Below are positions 37,036 to 49,829 of a stretch of DNA of 64,000 nucleotides, piece after piece (position 1 is the first letter of the stretch; each line of letters opens with the position of its first letter). The position numbers and the translations under genes were made by a program. The DNA comes from Malacoraja senta (Eukaryota), in NCBI GenBank assembly GCA_038087875.1, contig CM075988.1:6138001-6202000 (forward strand). The letters run 5' to 3'. Below the pieces are notes generated by a model. It saw nothing but the letters and a program-made list of their open reading frames with translations, searched no databases and was not told the DNA's origin.

Positions 37036-39274
37036 GATTTTAGCTAGTTCATAAACTTGCCCCTGAAAGTCATCCAAACATAATGCAATGTTGTGGTTTA
37101 TCCAGGCCCACATTACTTGTTTATCCCACATGGATTCATGTTGTTTCATGACAATGGGCTCCCAAGAACTGGTTGTGCTAGTTTGTGGAAGAATCATATC
37201 CCTGACCACTTTGTCCTTACCTTCTCTTACCCAGGCTTAGCCCGACTAAGATGGAAAAAGGGAAACAGGGCATTAGAATGAGCTCCACCGCTGGTCAGAT
37301 CTAACTATCCTTCAAATTTGTCTTCAAATTTCATTCCAAAAGTTTAAGATTCATCCATTTCACCAACATATATTAATTATGGGAAACATGTTCCGAAGGC
37401 AATTGAAGCTATATCAGGCTTTGGCAGAGGCACCCTTGGTAGCACCCTGCGAAATATTGTGCTCTATAAGGTACTGGGAGTTATAAGGGTGAATCTAAAA
37501 ACTGAAGGGTTCATTTTTAAACAGCTGAGTGGATCATCCTGATCTTGTTGAATGGCAGAGCAGGCTCCTAATTGCTATCTCCACATGTTATGTCGTCAGA
37601 ATTATTGAAATACGCAAGGATTTTTCCAATCAGATATCTCACAAAATTTTCCAGCTACTTTCCTAATCTGGATCTCAGATCCTGAGCTGTCTCTAAACAG
37701 TTAAATGTGACATGTTCAAAGTTTAGCAATCCATATCCCAGCCAAACATTTTTTTCAACATTTAAAAATTGCAGCTTGATGAGAAAAATATGCTTTGATG
37801 CTTGGTATCAGTCGTCTACCAGTCCAAAATTTCTGAATTTGGTTACAATCAAATATCCAATAATACTGTAGAAAATAATTGTCCCTCGGCAGTCTTAACA
37901 TCAATTAATCTCTGAATTAACAAAAATCCTGGAACAGAGATTCTCACGACAGGAAACCCATGAGGAATTTGAAGGTGGTCAGTGTATTATGAACAACATA
38001 TCTCTAATTTCCCTCTCAGTCTGAAGAAGGGTCTTGACCTGAAACGTCTCCTATTCCTTTTCTCCAGAGATGCTGCCTGACCCGCTGAGTTACTCCAGCA
38101 TTTTGTGCCTAACCAGGAACAAGGCTTACCCTGGGAATGGAAAATTTGAACATTTAACAACTACCGGGTAATACTGGGCTTGGCAGCAAGTTTCACATCA
38201 GCTCATAATGCTCAAATAATGAAAAAATATCCCAATTGACTTTAATATTCATCTCTTATAGTTTTTGCTCATAAAATGTACTTCTTATCTCCTGTGACAG
38301 CTTGCTCACCTTGAGTTGATGTTCCTTAATAAAGGAATGTCTCACCAGGTCAGGCACAATTCTTTGACTAAAACCGAGCTGCCCTTTAAAAATCTTTGCA
38401 AACCTAAAAGCCTGTTTCGTTTCTGTCGCTGCAAAAAAATAGAAAATTGGCAGGCACTTGTACGTTTCTGGCTTTGTGTCAGACATGTGTACTGTTCTTT
38501 ATTCAGACGCTGGACACTTGGGATGGATGGCATGTGAAGAATGAACTGTGAAAGTTTTGTGGAGATAAACAGAATGGAACATAAGACCATGTGAAATAGG
38601 AGAAGAGGAGACTGGCAACCTCATCGAGACAACTCTTTCATTCAAGGAGATCAATGCTGATATGAACTGTGGCCTCAATCCCTTATGATGAAAACTGAAC
38701 AGAAGAGGCCTATACAATTTGCAAAAAAATGAACAAGGATGTCATGGACAGGGCAGATGGTGGGAACAGCAGACGCTGGTATCTTGAGCTAAACATTAAG
38801 TGTTGGAGTAGTGAATCAGGCAGCATCTGTGGTGGGAAATGAAAGATTACATTTCGGGTTGGGACATTTCTTCAGATGGTGAGAGAGTGCAGAATTAGAA
38901 GATATTGACTCAGGATATGGGCCTACAGGTCCTCATTTTAGGAATCAATTCTAGTGAACTTTTGCTCCATCACTTCGAAAGCAAGTACACCTTTCCTCAA
39001 GGGATTATCACAATAACATACTGCAGGTGGAACTTCCTCAATATCCTCTCAAGTTGCTGCAATTCTTCATCAACGTTGTACTCCATCCCTCTTCCAATAA
39101 AGCCGGCATTTTATTTATCAAACCAATTAATTGCCTAACCTACACCTCAACTGCCTTGTACGAACACATCCCAATTTCTCCGATCACCAACATTTAATAA
39201 TCTCACATTATTTAAAAATATTCTACTTTTCTATATTCTGCAAAATTGGATTATCTCACATTTCGTCACATCTG

Positions 39275-39585
39275 GGGATTCACGGTGGCGCAGTGGGTGA
39301 GCTGCTGCCTCACAGTGCCAGAAACCCGGGTTCGAGCTGTCTGTACGGATTTTGTACGATCTCCCTGTGACCAGGTGCTCCAGTTTCCTCCCACATTCCA
39401 AAGACATATAGGTTTGTAAGGTTAATTGGTTTTGGTAAAATTGTAAATTGTCCCTAGCATGTAGGATAGTGCTTGTACACGGGGTGATCGCTATTCGATG
39501 CAGACTCGATGGGCCGAAGGGCCTGCTTCGGTGCCTTATATCTAAAGTCTAGAGTCTAAAGTAAAGTCTTAAGTCTAAAGTCCAA
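39275..39585 (+). mobile_element. V-SINE
   Basis: Head, partial V-domain and (TAAAGTC)n tail. Confidence 0.85.
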
Positions 39586-41164
39586 AATCTGCCATCTTTG
39601 TGCCATCTCAGTTAAGCTGCTCTAAATCTGTCCACATACATTTCTTATACCACCCTTGCAATTTACTTTCCCATTTATCATTGCGTTGTCATCCACCCTA
39701 GATATAATACACTGGACCATTTAATTTGGGTCATTGTACATATACTTAAGACCCTGCCAGTCAAATCCATTATGAAATGGTAAGTTTAGCTATTTCAATG
39801 AACAGGACAATGTGATCAAAGTCTTTATTTGGATGAGATAAGTGGATTAAATTACAGTTATCCAACTGCAACCCAAACCAGGATGGTGTCAACATATAGG
39901 CACACAAGGAACTGCAGATGATGGAATCTTGTGTAGAACACAAAGAGTTGGAGTAACTCAGCAGGTCAGGCATCACCTCTGGAGGACATGGATAAGTGAC
40001 GTTTCGGATTGGATCACATATGCTGCCTGACGCACTTCATTTCTCCAGCACTTTATGATATCCACATTGTCAACTGTTCAACTAGTTGGTTAAGAACTCA
40101 AACTCATTGCCATTAAGCACAATCATGCCCAACTCTCAAGCCAAAGATCTCGTGAATTGGCAGAAATAATTAAATAAATCGATTATTATTATTATTATTG
40201 TGACTCAATCTCATGAAGGACTGTGTCTTTAAGAAATTGCAATGCCACTTGAGATTTGAGGGATTTTTAGATGCATGTGAGAAATATCTTTCCACAACTT
40301 CAAACCTCCCAATCCAACACTGCCAAGAACTGGTAACAACATAAATTAGCATTGACCACACACACATTGTGTGTTGGGCTGGAGCCAGCTTTGGAATGAG
40401 CAGTGAGCTTGCAATGGAGATCTTGGAAGGGTGTAGTTTTCAGGCTCCAGAGCATTATTAGCTGCTCAAATCCGATACAAGTTGGCAAGAGAACAGTCCG
40501 TTAAGACAGAGGGCCTGAGCTACCAAAACAACTTCTTCCACTGAATAACCCGCTTGCAAGAACCTGGCTTCCCAATACTGGCTCCACAATGACTGTACAT
40601 TCTTTGGCATGATATATTTTATACAAGGACACACAAATACAATGGCTACGAGAGCGTGCGTCCACGTTTCCCAGGCCAAACAAAGTTATTTAATTTTTCA
40701 AAGAGGGTGTCACAATAAGTTTTCAGTGAATTGTAAGAAAACCAAAGCTTATTTTTTATTTTTATTTTTAGGCCGTGAATATCTTCATCGTCCACCATTT
40801 ATTGTCCATCCCTAATCACTCTTCAGCTGGTAAATGTGAGCCACTTGCTTGAGCTAATGCGATGCTTCTGGTGAAGGCATCCCAAAGTGTTGTTCGAAAG
40901 CGAGTTTAATTGATTGATTGAAAAATACAGCATGGAAATAGGCCATTCGGCCCACCGAGTCCACACCAACCATCGATCACCTGTTCACACTAGTCCTATG
41001 TTATCACACATTTGCTTCCACTCTCTACACATCCGGGGCAAATTTCCAGAGACCAATTAACCAACAAACAAACACATATTTTATGTCTGAATTGAATGTC
41101 TTTTACTTATCTATTGGCTTCCGTCTATCTAGTTTAAGTTTCAATGTGTACGAAGGAACTGCAG

Positions 41165-41367
41165 ATGCTGGTTTAAACTGAAGATAGACACAAAACGCAA
41201 CGGGACAGGCAGCATATCTGGAGAGAAGGAATGGGTGACGTTTTGGGTCGAGACCCTTCTGCAGACTCCAGACTGAAGAAGGGTCTCGACCCGAAACGTC
41301 ACCCATTCCTTCTCTCCAGATATGCTGCCTGTTCTGCTGCGTAACTCCAGCATTTTGTGTCTATCTT
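41165..41367. mobile_element. Penelope-derived fold-back element
   Basis: Inverted arms around ~41265. Confidence 0.8.
41273..41300 (+). ncRNA. Putative minimal type-I hammerhead ribozyme core (Penelope-associated)
   Basis: CUGAAGA, extra A, stem II GGGU(CUCG)ACCC, GAAA, palindromic helix III ACGU, GUC triplet. Stem I is weak or absent in this copy. Confidence 0.5.
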
Positions 41368-42452
41368 TAGTTTCAGTTCCAGTTTAGTTTATTGTCACAT
41401 GTACCGAGGTACAGTGAAAAGCTTTTGTTGCATGCTAACCAGTCAGCAGAAAGACAAAACATGATTACAATTGAGCCATTTACATGTATAGATAGGAATA
41501 GAGATTTAAGAGTGTTGAACGATTGTAATATGTGATTGTAGATCTACATCTGTGGCTAGCATGCAAATAGTCGCCTGGGTTAGGCACCATCTTGGAAGCA
41601 GAAACAAAATCTATATAAAAACTTGTAGAACCTATAAAAGCAAAGGAAGTGTAAAAATCCATAAAGAATAAACTGATAGATAGGAGTATAGATAGGAATC
41701 ATCTGGATATTCAGAGTGAAGGTAGATAAAAATGCTGGAGAAACTCAGTGGGTGAGGCAGTATTTATGGAGCGAAGGAATAGGTGACGTTTCGGGTCGAG
41801 ACCCTTCTTCAGATTGAAAGGTCATCACTCAATGATCAACGTTGGATTGTGGCAAAGGTAATGCAATAATCAGGGGGACTTTGATCCATGTAAAAACTGA
41901 GCAAATCAAATCTGTAATGTTTGTCCTGAGAAAGTGTTCACGGAATGTCTTCAAGAATGTTTCCCAGAAGAATATATTGTGGATTCAACCAGAGAAAGGT
42001 TACTTGGTCATGTGTAATGAAATTGGATTAGTATTGCCTCGTAGAACTTCCCTGGGTAGGCTGAACATTATTTGGTGGAACCAAATTTGTAGTTTTGTTT
42101 GAGAATGTTGAACTTGAACTTAAATAAAAGCCACAATATGGCTAGAATGTTATGGTTAGCTGCGTTAGATTGGGAAATTAGATTAAAAATTATGATGGTG
42201 AGCACTTAAAGAAATATATTTAAAGCAACACATTCAAATTCCAATCAATAACTGATAAATGGAGACTTTGACTCGTTTGAGAGCCAACTGAAGATTTTAA
42301 GGATGGTATTAAATTGAATAAAAGTCTGATGGACTTGCAAAGTAGTGATAAGTTTAAAAATCTGCAAGACCTTAGGGTTCCAAAAATGGACACATCGGTG
42401 GTCAACTTTCCAAATTCCTTTGATTTTGGGAAAGGATCCGGCAGGTTTATAA

Positions 42453-43077
42453 TGGGCCCATCCCACTTAGATGATTTTTTAGGTGATTACAGCGGATTAG
42501 GCTGTCGCCACATGGTCGCCTGTTTGGTTGTGAGTAGTCTTCTCAGTCGGCCAAAGAGTCGTAGTGTCTTTCTGGTCGCCGCTGGATTTTCAATATGTTC
42601 AAAAAAATTCGGCAACAGTGGCGACCATGGGTTTGACGGCAATGAGCGTAGCTTAACTTCTCCTGACGTAGGTGCTGTCGTAGGTTGTCGCCAGGTGACG
42701 TTGGTTGTCGCCGGCGGCTGACTTTGGTGAATTCCATTGGCGACTACCTACGTCAACCTACGTCAACGGGCGACAGGTACTGGCGTCAAGAGAAGTCAAG
42801 TAGCGACAGGCATTGTCTTCATTTGTTTTCAGTTGTCGCGGACAGGGTCATAGCTTTTCGTAGCTTGTCACAGGTGGGCTTCGGATGTTGTAGGTTGTCG
42901 CCTGAGTGGTCGCAGGTTGTCGTAGGTGTCGTCGTAGGTTGTCGTAGGTGTGGTAGTAAGTGGACGTCCAAAGTCGCGACGATTGGGTCGCCGGTTGTCG
43001 GTAGTTTTCCGTCGACTAGGTGGTAGGTTGTTGTAGCCGGCAGTCGCCTAAAAAATCGTCTAAGTGGGACAGGCCCT
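42453..43077. mobile_element. Harbinger-like MITE (625 bp) inside an old CR1 remnant
   Basis: TIR GGGCC..TCCCACTTAGA.GATTTTTTAGG.GA; TAA TSD (42450-42452 / 43078-43080). Confidence 0.85.
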
Positions 43078-43589
43078 TAAATGTCAAATGCTACACTGCC
43101 ATTCAATAATGGAGGGAGAGACAAAGCAGGGAATTACAGTTAGCTTACCATTATTCAAGGATTCAAACTCTTTATTAAGGTGGTATTGTCAAAAGAAAAT
43201 TATATCAAAATTGAAGTATTGAGGGTATAACATTACAAAGGATAGATGATTGATTAACAGGTGGAAAGTAGAATGTAGGGACATTAATTTCAAGTTGATG
43301 CATTGCTGATGATACAAATATTGGAGGAAAAGTAAGGTGTGGAGAAAATACACATTTGCAAAGTGATATTTTGATGGGTCAGGGGTCGGTAAACCACAAT
43401 TGCAATTGTATGATGAGCAATAATATGAAATTATTCATTTCTTCAAGGGAAAATAGAAGTGTCAAGTATTTAAATGCTGTGAGATGATTAAACATTGATG
43501 GCTTTGTACAAGAAACAAGGCATTGATGGTTTTGTACAAGGCCTACTCCTGCACCTATTGTCTATTGTCTATTGTCCATTGAAACACAG

Positions 43590-44500
43590 TGTTGAAAGCA
43601 AAGTGCTGGAGTTACTCAATGGGTCAGGCAGCATCTGTAGAGGGAATGGTCAAATTACATTTTGGGCTGGGACCCTTTTTCAGACTAATTGTAGTGGGGG
43701 AGGGGGGGAGTACAAAGCCTGGCAACTGATAGGTGGATACAGGTAAGGTGGGTTTGATTGGCAGATGGGTGGAGTAAGAGACAAAGACCAGAGATGAAAA
43801 GGAGCAAAAGGGTGTCAGATAAGGGCTGGCACGGTGGTGCAGCGAGTAGAGTTGGTGCCTCGTAGCGCCAGGGACCCGGATTCCATCCTGATTAGGGGTG
43901 CTGTCTGGACGTACTTTGTATGTTCTCCCCGTGACCTGCGTGGGTTTTCTCCTGGATCTCTGGTTTCCTCCTACACGCCAAAGATGTACAGGTTTGCAGG
44001 GTAATTGACTTTGGTAAAAATTGTGATTCGTCCCTAGTGTGCATAGGATAGTGTAGATAATGTTAGTGTGCGGGATTCGCTGGTCGGCATGGACTCGGTG
44101 GGCCGAAGGGCCTGTTTCTATGCTATATCACTAAAAAAAATAAGGCGAGAAGAGGAGTGAAATGTGTAGCCAGAAGGAGAGATATAAGTGGACGGGGACG
44201 GGGGAGATGGGGACTGGGATGGGGACAGAGGCGGGGACGGGGGGACGGGGGGACGGGGACAGGGACGGGGACGGGGACAGGGAGATGGGGACGCGTACAG
44301 GGACAGGGGGGACGGTGTCGGTTGGGACATGGGGACGGGGGGGACGGAGACGGGGGGACGAGGACGGGGGGCGGACGAGGGGATGGGGAGGGGCATGTGG
44401 GGGGCAAGAAAGGGAGAGGTGGTAGGGAGGCATTACTTAAAATTGAAGAATTCAATGTTCATACCTTTGTGTTGTAAGTTCTCAAGTATTAATATTCACT
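43590..44500 (-). mobile_element. Diverged Penelope-like 3' end interrupted by a V-SINE (plus, ~43825-44132) and a (GGGGAC)n expansion (~44190-44400)
   Basis: Minus strand reads LQHKGMNIEFFNFK* at ~44433-44480; terminal arm at ~43598-43685. Confidence 0.7.
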
Positions 44501-46084
44501 AAAAAAGTGAATGTGCTGCTACAGCAACTAGTTAGGAAAGTAAATGGGATGGCAAGCCAAGTCTTGTTTCGCATGAACAGGCCACATTTTGAGTGTTAGG
44601 TACAGTTTTTAATCTGTATATTAAATGAAAGATACACCACTCTTACCCATAATGGAGAGGTGATTCACTAGATTGATAAAGAGGCTGTTTATATTTATGA
44701 ACAGTCCTTCGAGTCTGAAGAAGGGGTTCCGATCCGAAAAGTCACCTATCCATGTTTTACACGGATGCTGCCTGACCTGCTGAGTTACTCCAGAGCTTTG
44801 TGTCTTTCTTTTATAAAGCAGCATCTTCACTTCCTTGTTTCTACTGTTTGGCAAGAAAAGGCTGAGCAGCGTGGGCCATGACTCAAGAGTTTCAATGAAT
44901 CTGAGGTGATTTCATTGAAGCATGTCTGATTGTCTAAGTGACTTGAAAGGATAGCTGCAGAGAGGGTGTTCTCCCTGGGGTGGGTGGGGGGGATGGGGAG
45001 GTGGGGGGGGGTGAGTGGGGGAGGGGGGGGGGGTGATAGTTCTTGAAATAAGAGCCAGAGACTCAGGATAAGAGATTGACCAAAGATCAACACAAGATGC
45101 TGGAGTAACTCAGCGGGACAGGCAGCATGTCTGGAGAGAAGGAATGGGTGACATATTGGGTCAAGACCCTTCTTCAGACCAATTAAGAATGAGATGATTT
45201 CTTCCCTTGGTGGGCCATCAATCTTTGGGTTTGTCTGTCCCAGAGATCTGTGCAGTCTGAGTCATTCCAGAATGAGATAGTTCCTTGAACGGCAATGATA
45301 TCAAGATGTAGAATCGGATAAGCAATTGGAGCCAAGACTGCGAATCTTAATGAACAGCAGCACTGACTCAAAGTGTACCATAACTTGAAGAAGGGTCTCG
45401 ACCCGAAACGTCGGCCAATCTTTCTCTCCAGAGATGCTGCCTGTGCTGCTGAGTTTCTACCACATGTACACAGTGGGTGCAATTTGCAGTGATCACACAG
45501 CCTACCATCTCACACACATGCTTGGGATGTGGCAGGAAGTCCATGTAGACACAGAGAGAGCAGCAATTTGTGTCTATCTGTGGCACGCCATCACTATTCT
45601 GACTCTAGTTTATATGTTTCCAAACCCCTTTCTGGAGTTAGCTTCATCAGGGCAGTAACCACCTCACCAACTAGATCGCTTTTCTTCAGCAATAAATCAT
45701 GGCTTTTGACACGTCGTCATCTCTTGAAAGAGCAGCTTGCTAATAGTTCCCAAAAAAGTGGATGTGCTTGAAAAGTTTACTTCAGCCCCAAGCAACGCTT
45801 TCACTTGGCAACAACACAGACATTAATTTTCAGAACTATTTCAAGACTTTGAACTTCATCAGAAGGCCTGAGGGGATGTGGGTGTTGCATAAGCACGATA
45901 TATATTACTGAACTAAAGACAACTGCTGCAAGGCAAGATTGATCATGGTGGAGTTTTAACATGAGGGTTGTTGGTCCAGGGCCACAAGAGCATGGTATTT
46001 AGCGTTGAAAGTACTCTGCTGATGAAAGGCAGAGGGTTACGTAGTTGGGGTTGGCCTGATTTATTTTTTGTTTTAATATAGATA

Positions 46085-46590
46085 AGTTTAGTTTAGTTAT
46101 ACAGCGCGGAAACAGGCCCTTCGACCCACCGGGTCCACACTTACCAGAGATCTCCCCGCACACTAACACTATCCTACACACACGAGGGACAATTTACAAG
46201 CCAAGCCAAGCCAATGAACCTACAAACCTGTATGTCTTTGGAGTGTGGGAGGAAACGGGAGAAAGCCCCACGCAGGTCACGGTGAGAACGTACAAACTCC
46301 GTACAGATAGCATCCATAGTCAGGATCGAACCCAGGTCTCTGGCGCTGTTAATGCAGATGACGCGCGAAGATTTTGTACATCCCAAAATCCTGGGGCACC
46401 GCGCACGACCGCGCGTCACTGCCTACGTCACCACGCACCATGTGCGTGTAATGCACACCATGCACGCATCACGTGCGCGGCACGACACGTGCGTCGTGAC
46501 GCGTAAATGATGTCGCGTAAATTACGCGCAAATGACACCCAAGTGGGACAGGCCCTTAAGGCAGCAATTCTACTGCTGCGCCACCATGCC
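46085..46590 (-). mobile_element. V-SINE interrupted by a Harbinger-like MITE (46353-46556, one end lost)
   Basis: SINE sequence GGCGCTG-TAA-GGCAGCAA is split; the MITE ends AAGTGGGACAGGCCCT and is the reverse complement of the 30447-30674 family. Confidence 0.85.
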
Positions 46591-47354
46591 ACCTTTCACC
46601 TTTTTAATCTGCATGCAAATTAATAAAATTGAATTTAAGAGAATATTGGAGATTTTTCCAGACATTTCAGATGAAATTCCAAAATTAGAGACACAGAGAG
46701 ACACAACATAGAAACAGTTCCTTCGGCCCACCAATCCAAACTGACCATGAAGTGCATATTCTTTCATGATCCTGTCCTAACCCATTTACTTCCCATCCAC
46801 TCCCTCCAGATTCTACCACGGGTACCACGGCAATTTGCAGTGATCACTCGGCCCACCACCCCACACACGTGCTTGGAATGTGGAAGGAAGTCCATGTGGT
46901 CACGGGGTGAAAGTGCAAACTCCACACAGATAGCACCAGAGGTCAAACCAGAGGTGAACCTGAGTCACTGGAGCTGTGAGGCGGCAGCAGCAGCTCTACC
47001 TGCGTGACGCTAGGGTGCCTGAGAATGTTTGGCAGAAATATGACTGTTAACTCTATGCTGTAATGGGCCTAATGGTATTTATTCATGAATTCCTCTTCTT
47101 GTGTTTGAGGCAGCAGAAGTTATGTGACGCCCTCCATGTGCTGTCGCCAGTTCAATGTGCTGTTGTCGAGGGCCGTGAGGTCTACCCCTTCACCAGGGGG
47201 GCGGAGGACAGCGCAATCGAAAATGACATGCTGTGCTGTTTGCTGGTCTGCTCCACACACGCAGGCTGCTGATGGACGCAGCCCCCAATGATGCATGTTG
47301 CCGTTGAACTGGCCGACCCCTGTACGGAGTCGGTTCAGGGCGACCCACTTTTTG

Positions 47355-47772
47355 AATTATTACCGATTGGTGGTCCAGCACCTCCTTTAATCCGAAGAAA
47401 ATTACGAGAGTGCACTTGAAATCCCCCTCCCCCCCTCTCCCCCCCCCCCCACTCTCCCCCCCCCCCCCCCTGAGATGTCCCCCCAAAAATGTGGCACACA
47501 GGGCGGAAGTTGCAGCCAATTCTGACTTCATCGGGACTTCTATGTTGATGGATGCAGACGGGGCTCCGGAACTCTGGCCCGGCTAGAGCCGGCAGATCCG
47601 TTTACATAGCCAACTTCCGAGGCCGACTTATGGGCCGGTATCGTGGACCCTAGGTGGACCGCTCAGGTACTATTGGACCTTTCAGAGTCCATGACCTCTG
47701 TTGGTCCGGCAAAACAGATAATCCAGAAAGGTTGTGGAACCAAGGCTGCGGGAAAATCGGCGGTGGACTTGC
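47355..47772. mobile_element. Possible Tigger/pogo-like non-autonomous DNA element
   Basis: TCCGG/CCGGA-type subterminal motifs and end GGAAAATCGGCGGTGGACTTG; the other TIR is not clearly seen. Confidence 0.35.
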
Positions 47773-48019
47773 ATCACATATTATGATTATATAAAACGAG
47801 GAAGTCTTGCCCAATGTTCATTCTATGAGGATCTTAAACGTTTCCATTAGGATCTATAGTCATAGAGGTGTACAGCATGGAAGCCACCCCTTCAGCCCAA
47901 ATCGTCCATGCCGAGCAAGATGCTCACATACATTAGTCTCATTTGCTCCTGTGTGGCCCATATCCATGTACCAGTCCAAATGTCCAACTTTCCTATCCAT
48001 GTACCAGTCCAAATGTCTT

Positions 48020-48540
48020 TTGGAGTTCTGTGAACAAATTTGGGCCCCATATCTGAGGTAGGATGTGCTGGCTCTGGAGAGGGTCCAGAGGAGGTTTACA
48101 AGAATGATTCCAGGAATGAGTAGCTTAGCATATGATGTGTGCTTGACAGCACTGGGCCTCCACTCGCTGGAGTTTAGAAGGTTGAGGGGGGACCTCATTG
48201 AAACTTACAGAATAATGAAAGGCATAGATGTGGAGAAGATGTTTCCGCTGGTGGGAGAGTCTAGGACCAGAGGTCATAGCCTCAGATTTAAAGGGCACTC
48301 TTTTAGAATGGAGGTGAGGAGGAACAGCTTCAGTCAGAGGGTAGTTAACCTGTGGAACTCATTGCCACAGAGGGCTGTTTTAAGGCAGAGCTTCTTGATT
48401 AGAATGGGTATCAAGGGTTATGGGGAGAAGGCAGGAAAATAGGATTAGGTGGCAGAGATCATCCATGATTGAATGGCAAAATGGACTCGATGGGCCAAAT
48501 GGCCTAATTCTACTCCTATAACTTGTGGATTTGTGAACTT
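48020..48540 (+). mobile_element. CR1 3' fragment
   Basis: QIWAPYLR..LERVQRRFTRMIPGM..RRLRGDLIETYRIMKG. Confidence 0.9.
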
Positions 48541-49020
48541 GTCTTTTAAATGTTGTTATTGCACCTGCCTCTCCGTTGCATTGGTTCACAACCCACCAGC
48601 CTCTGTGTGCAAAAATGGAAATATGTTCACACAGTGAGGACCCATTAAAAATAAGGGGGGAAATAGTCAGGGTTGTAGAGAGACACAGAACGTTAGAATA
48701 GGAGGTGAAGAGAGGGAGGTGAGGGGTGGGGACCAAGGTGGGTGAATGAAGGCTGTGGTGTGAGGGGGAGAGAGAGGAAATGATGAAAATATGTAAAGAA
48801 ACAAGAGCATGGTGTTTGCAGGAGGGAAAATAAGGGAAAGATTTCAAGTGAGTTTTTTTCTCTATTGGGTAGTGCATATCAGAGAATCAAAGACTAATAA
48901 CACTACAACACAGAAACAGGGCCGTTTAGTCTCCTTGCCCATTTGGATGTTATTTCGGTTAATTTTATTTGCCCTTTATTAGATCCATATTCCTTTAATA
49001 GACACAAAAAGCTGGAGGTA

Positions 49021-49246
49021 AGGGCCTGTCCCACTTTCACGACCTAATTCACGACCTCTGCCGAGTTTGCCCATGACTCGTACTCGCAGCATGGTCGTCA
49101 CGAGGTCGTAGGAGGTCGTAGGTAGGTCGTGATGCTAGTCATAGATACTCATGGCATCAAGTAGGTCGGGGCGTTTTTCTAGCCTGATGATAAATGTCAA
49201 CGAGTAAAAAAGGTCGTGAATTAGGTGGTGAAAGTGGGACAGCCCT
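49021..49246. mobile_element. Harbinger-like MITE (226 bp) inserted in a Penelope-derived arm
   Basis: TIR AGGGCCTGTCCCACTTTCAC.ACCTAATTCACGACCT; splits host GCTGGAG-TAA-CTCAGC with 3 nt on each side (GTA / AAA, both mismatched). Confidence 0.85.
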
Positions 49247-49569
49247 AAACTCAGCGGGTCAGGCAGCATCTCTGGAGAAAAGGAACGGGTGACGTTTCGG
49301 GTCGAGACTCTTCTGTAGATCAACCTTTCCTATCCAAGAACGTGTCCAGCTGCCTTTTAAACATTGTGATTTAATCTATCTCTACCACCTCTTCTGGCAG
49401 ATCATTTCAGTTAGCCCCTAACTTCTGTCTGTAAAACACACCCCTCCGACCTCCGTTGATTATTTATCCTCTTGCCTTAAACCTGTGCCCTCTAGTTAAT
49501 GGCCTTGGCTCTCTATCCTACATATGAATAGTGTCTCAGCAAAGGAGGAGTGGTGAGGGATGTTCAGTC

Positions 49570-49707
49570 TTCTTCTTCTTTCGTGTGGCGTGCACAGCCT
49601 AAAGTTGTTGGACAACTTGTTCTATTTGATCTTCCATTTGTGCACGTCGAGTTGATTGCATTAGTCGAAACAGGGCAGACCACGTGAAGGTTGCAATCTT
49701 CCACCCC
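49570..49707 (-). mobile_element. 138-bp ribozyme-headed non-autonomous retroposon, possibly Vingi/Ingi-related
   Basis: 5' GGGG start; 3' ACG followed by a (AAG)n tail; TSD AGTC (49566-49569 / 49708-49711); no Pol III A/B boxes seen. Confidence 0.8.
49654..49707 (-). ncRNA. Putative minimal HDV/CPEB3-like self-cleaving ribozyme (54 nt)
   Basis: GGGGUGG|AA|GAUUGCA|ACC|UUCACGU|GGU|CUGCCCU|GU|UUCGA|CUAA|UGCAAUC = P1, J1/2, P2, P3, L3, P3', P1', J1/4, vestigial P4, J4/2, P2'. Confidence 0.85.
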
Positions 49708-49829
49708 AGTCAGTTTATTCATTCATAGAGGACTGGAGGTTGTCTTTTTCAATTTAGTTTATTGTCACTTGTACCGAGGTACAGTAAAAGGCTTTTGTTG
49801 CATGCTAACTAGTCAGCAGAAAGACAATA

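Noticed and set aside
44118..44502. Pro-rich and Gly-rich ORFs in six frames
   Set aside because: Artefact of the GGGGAC repeat.
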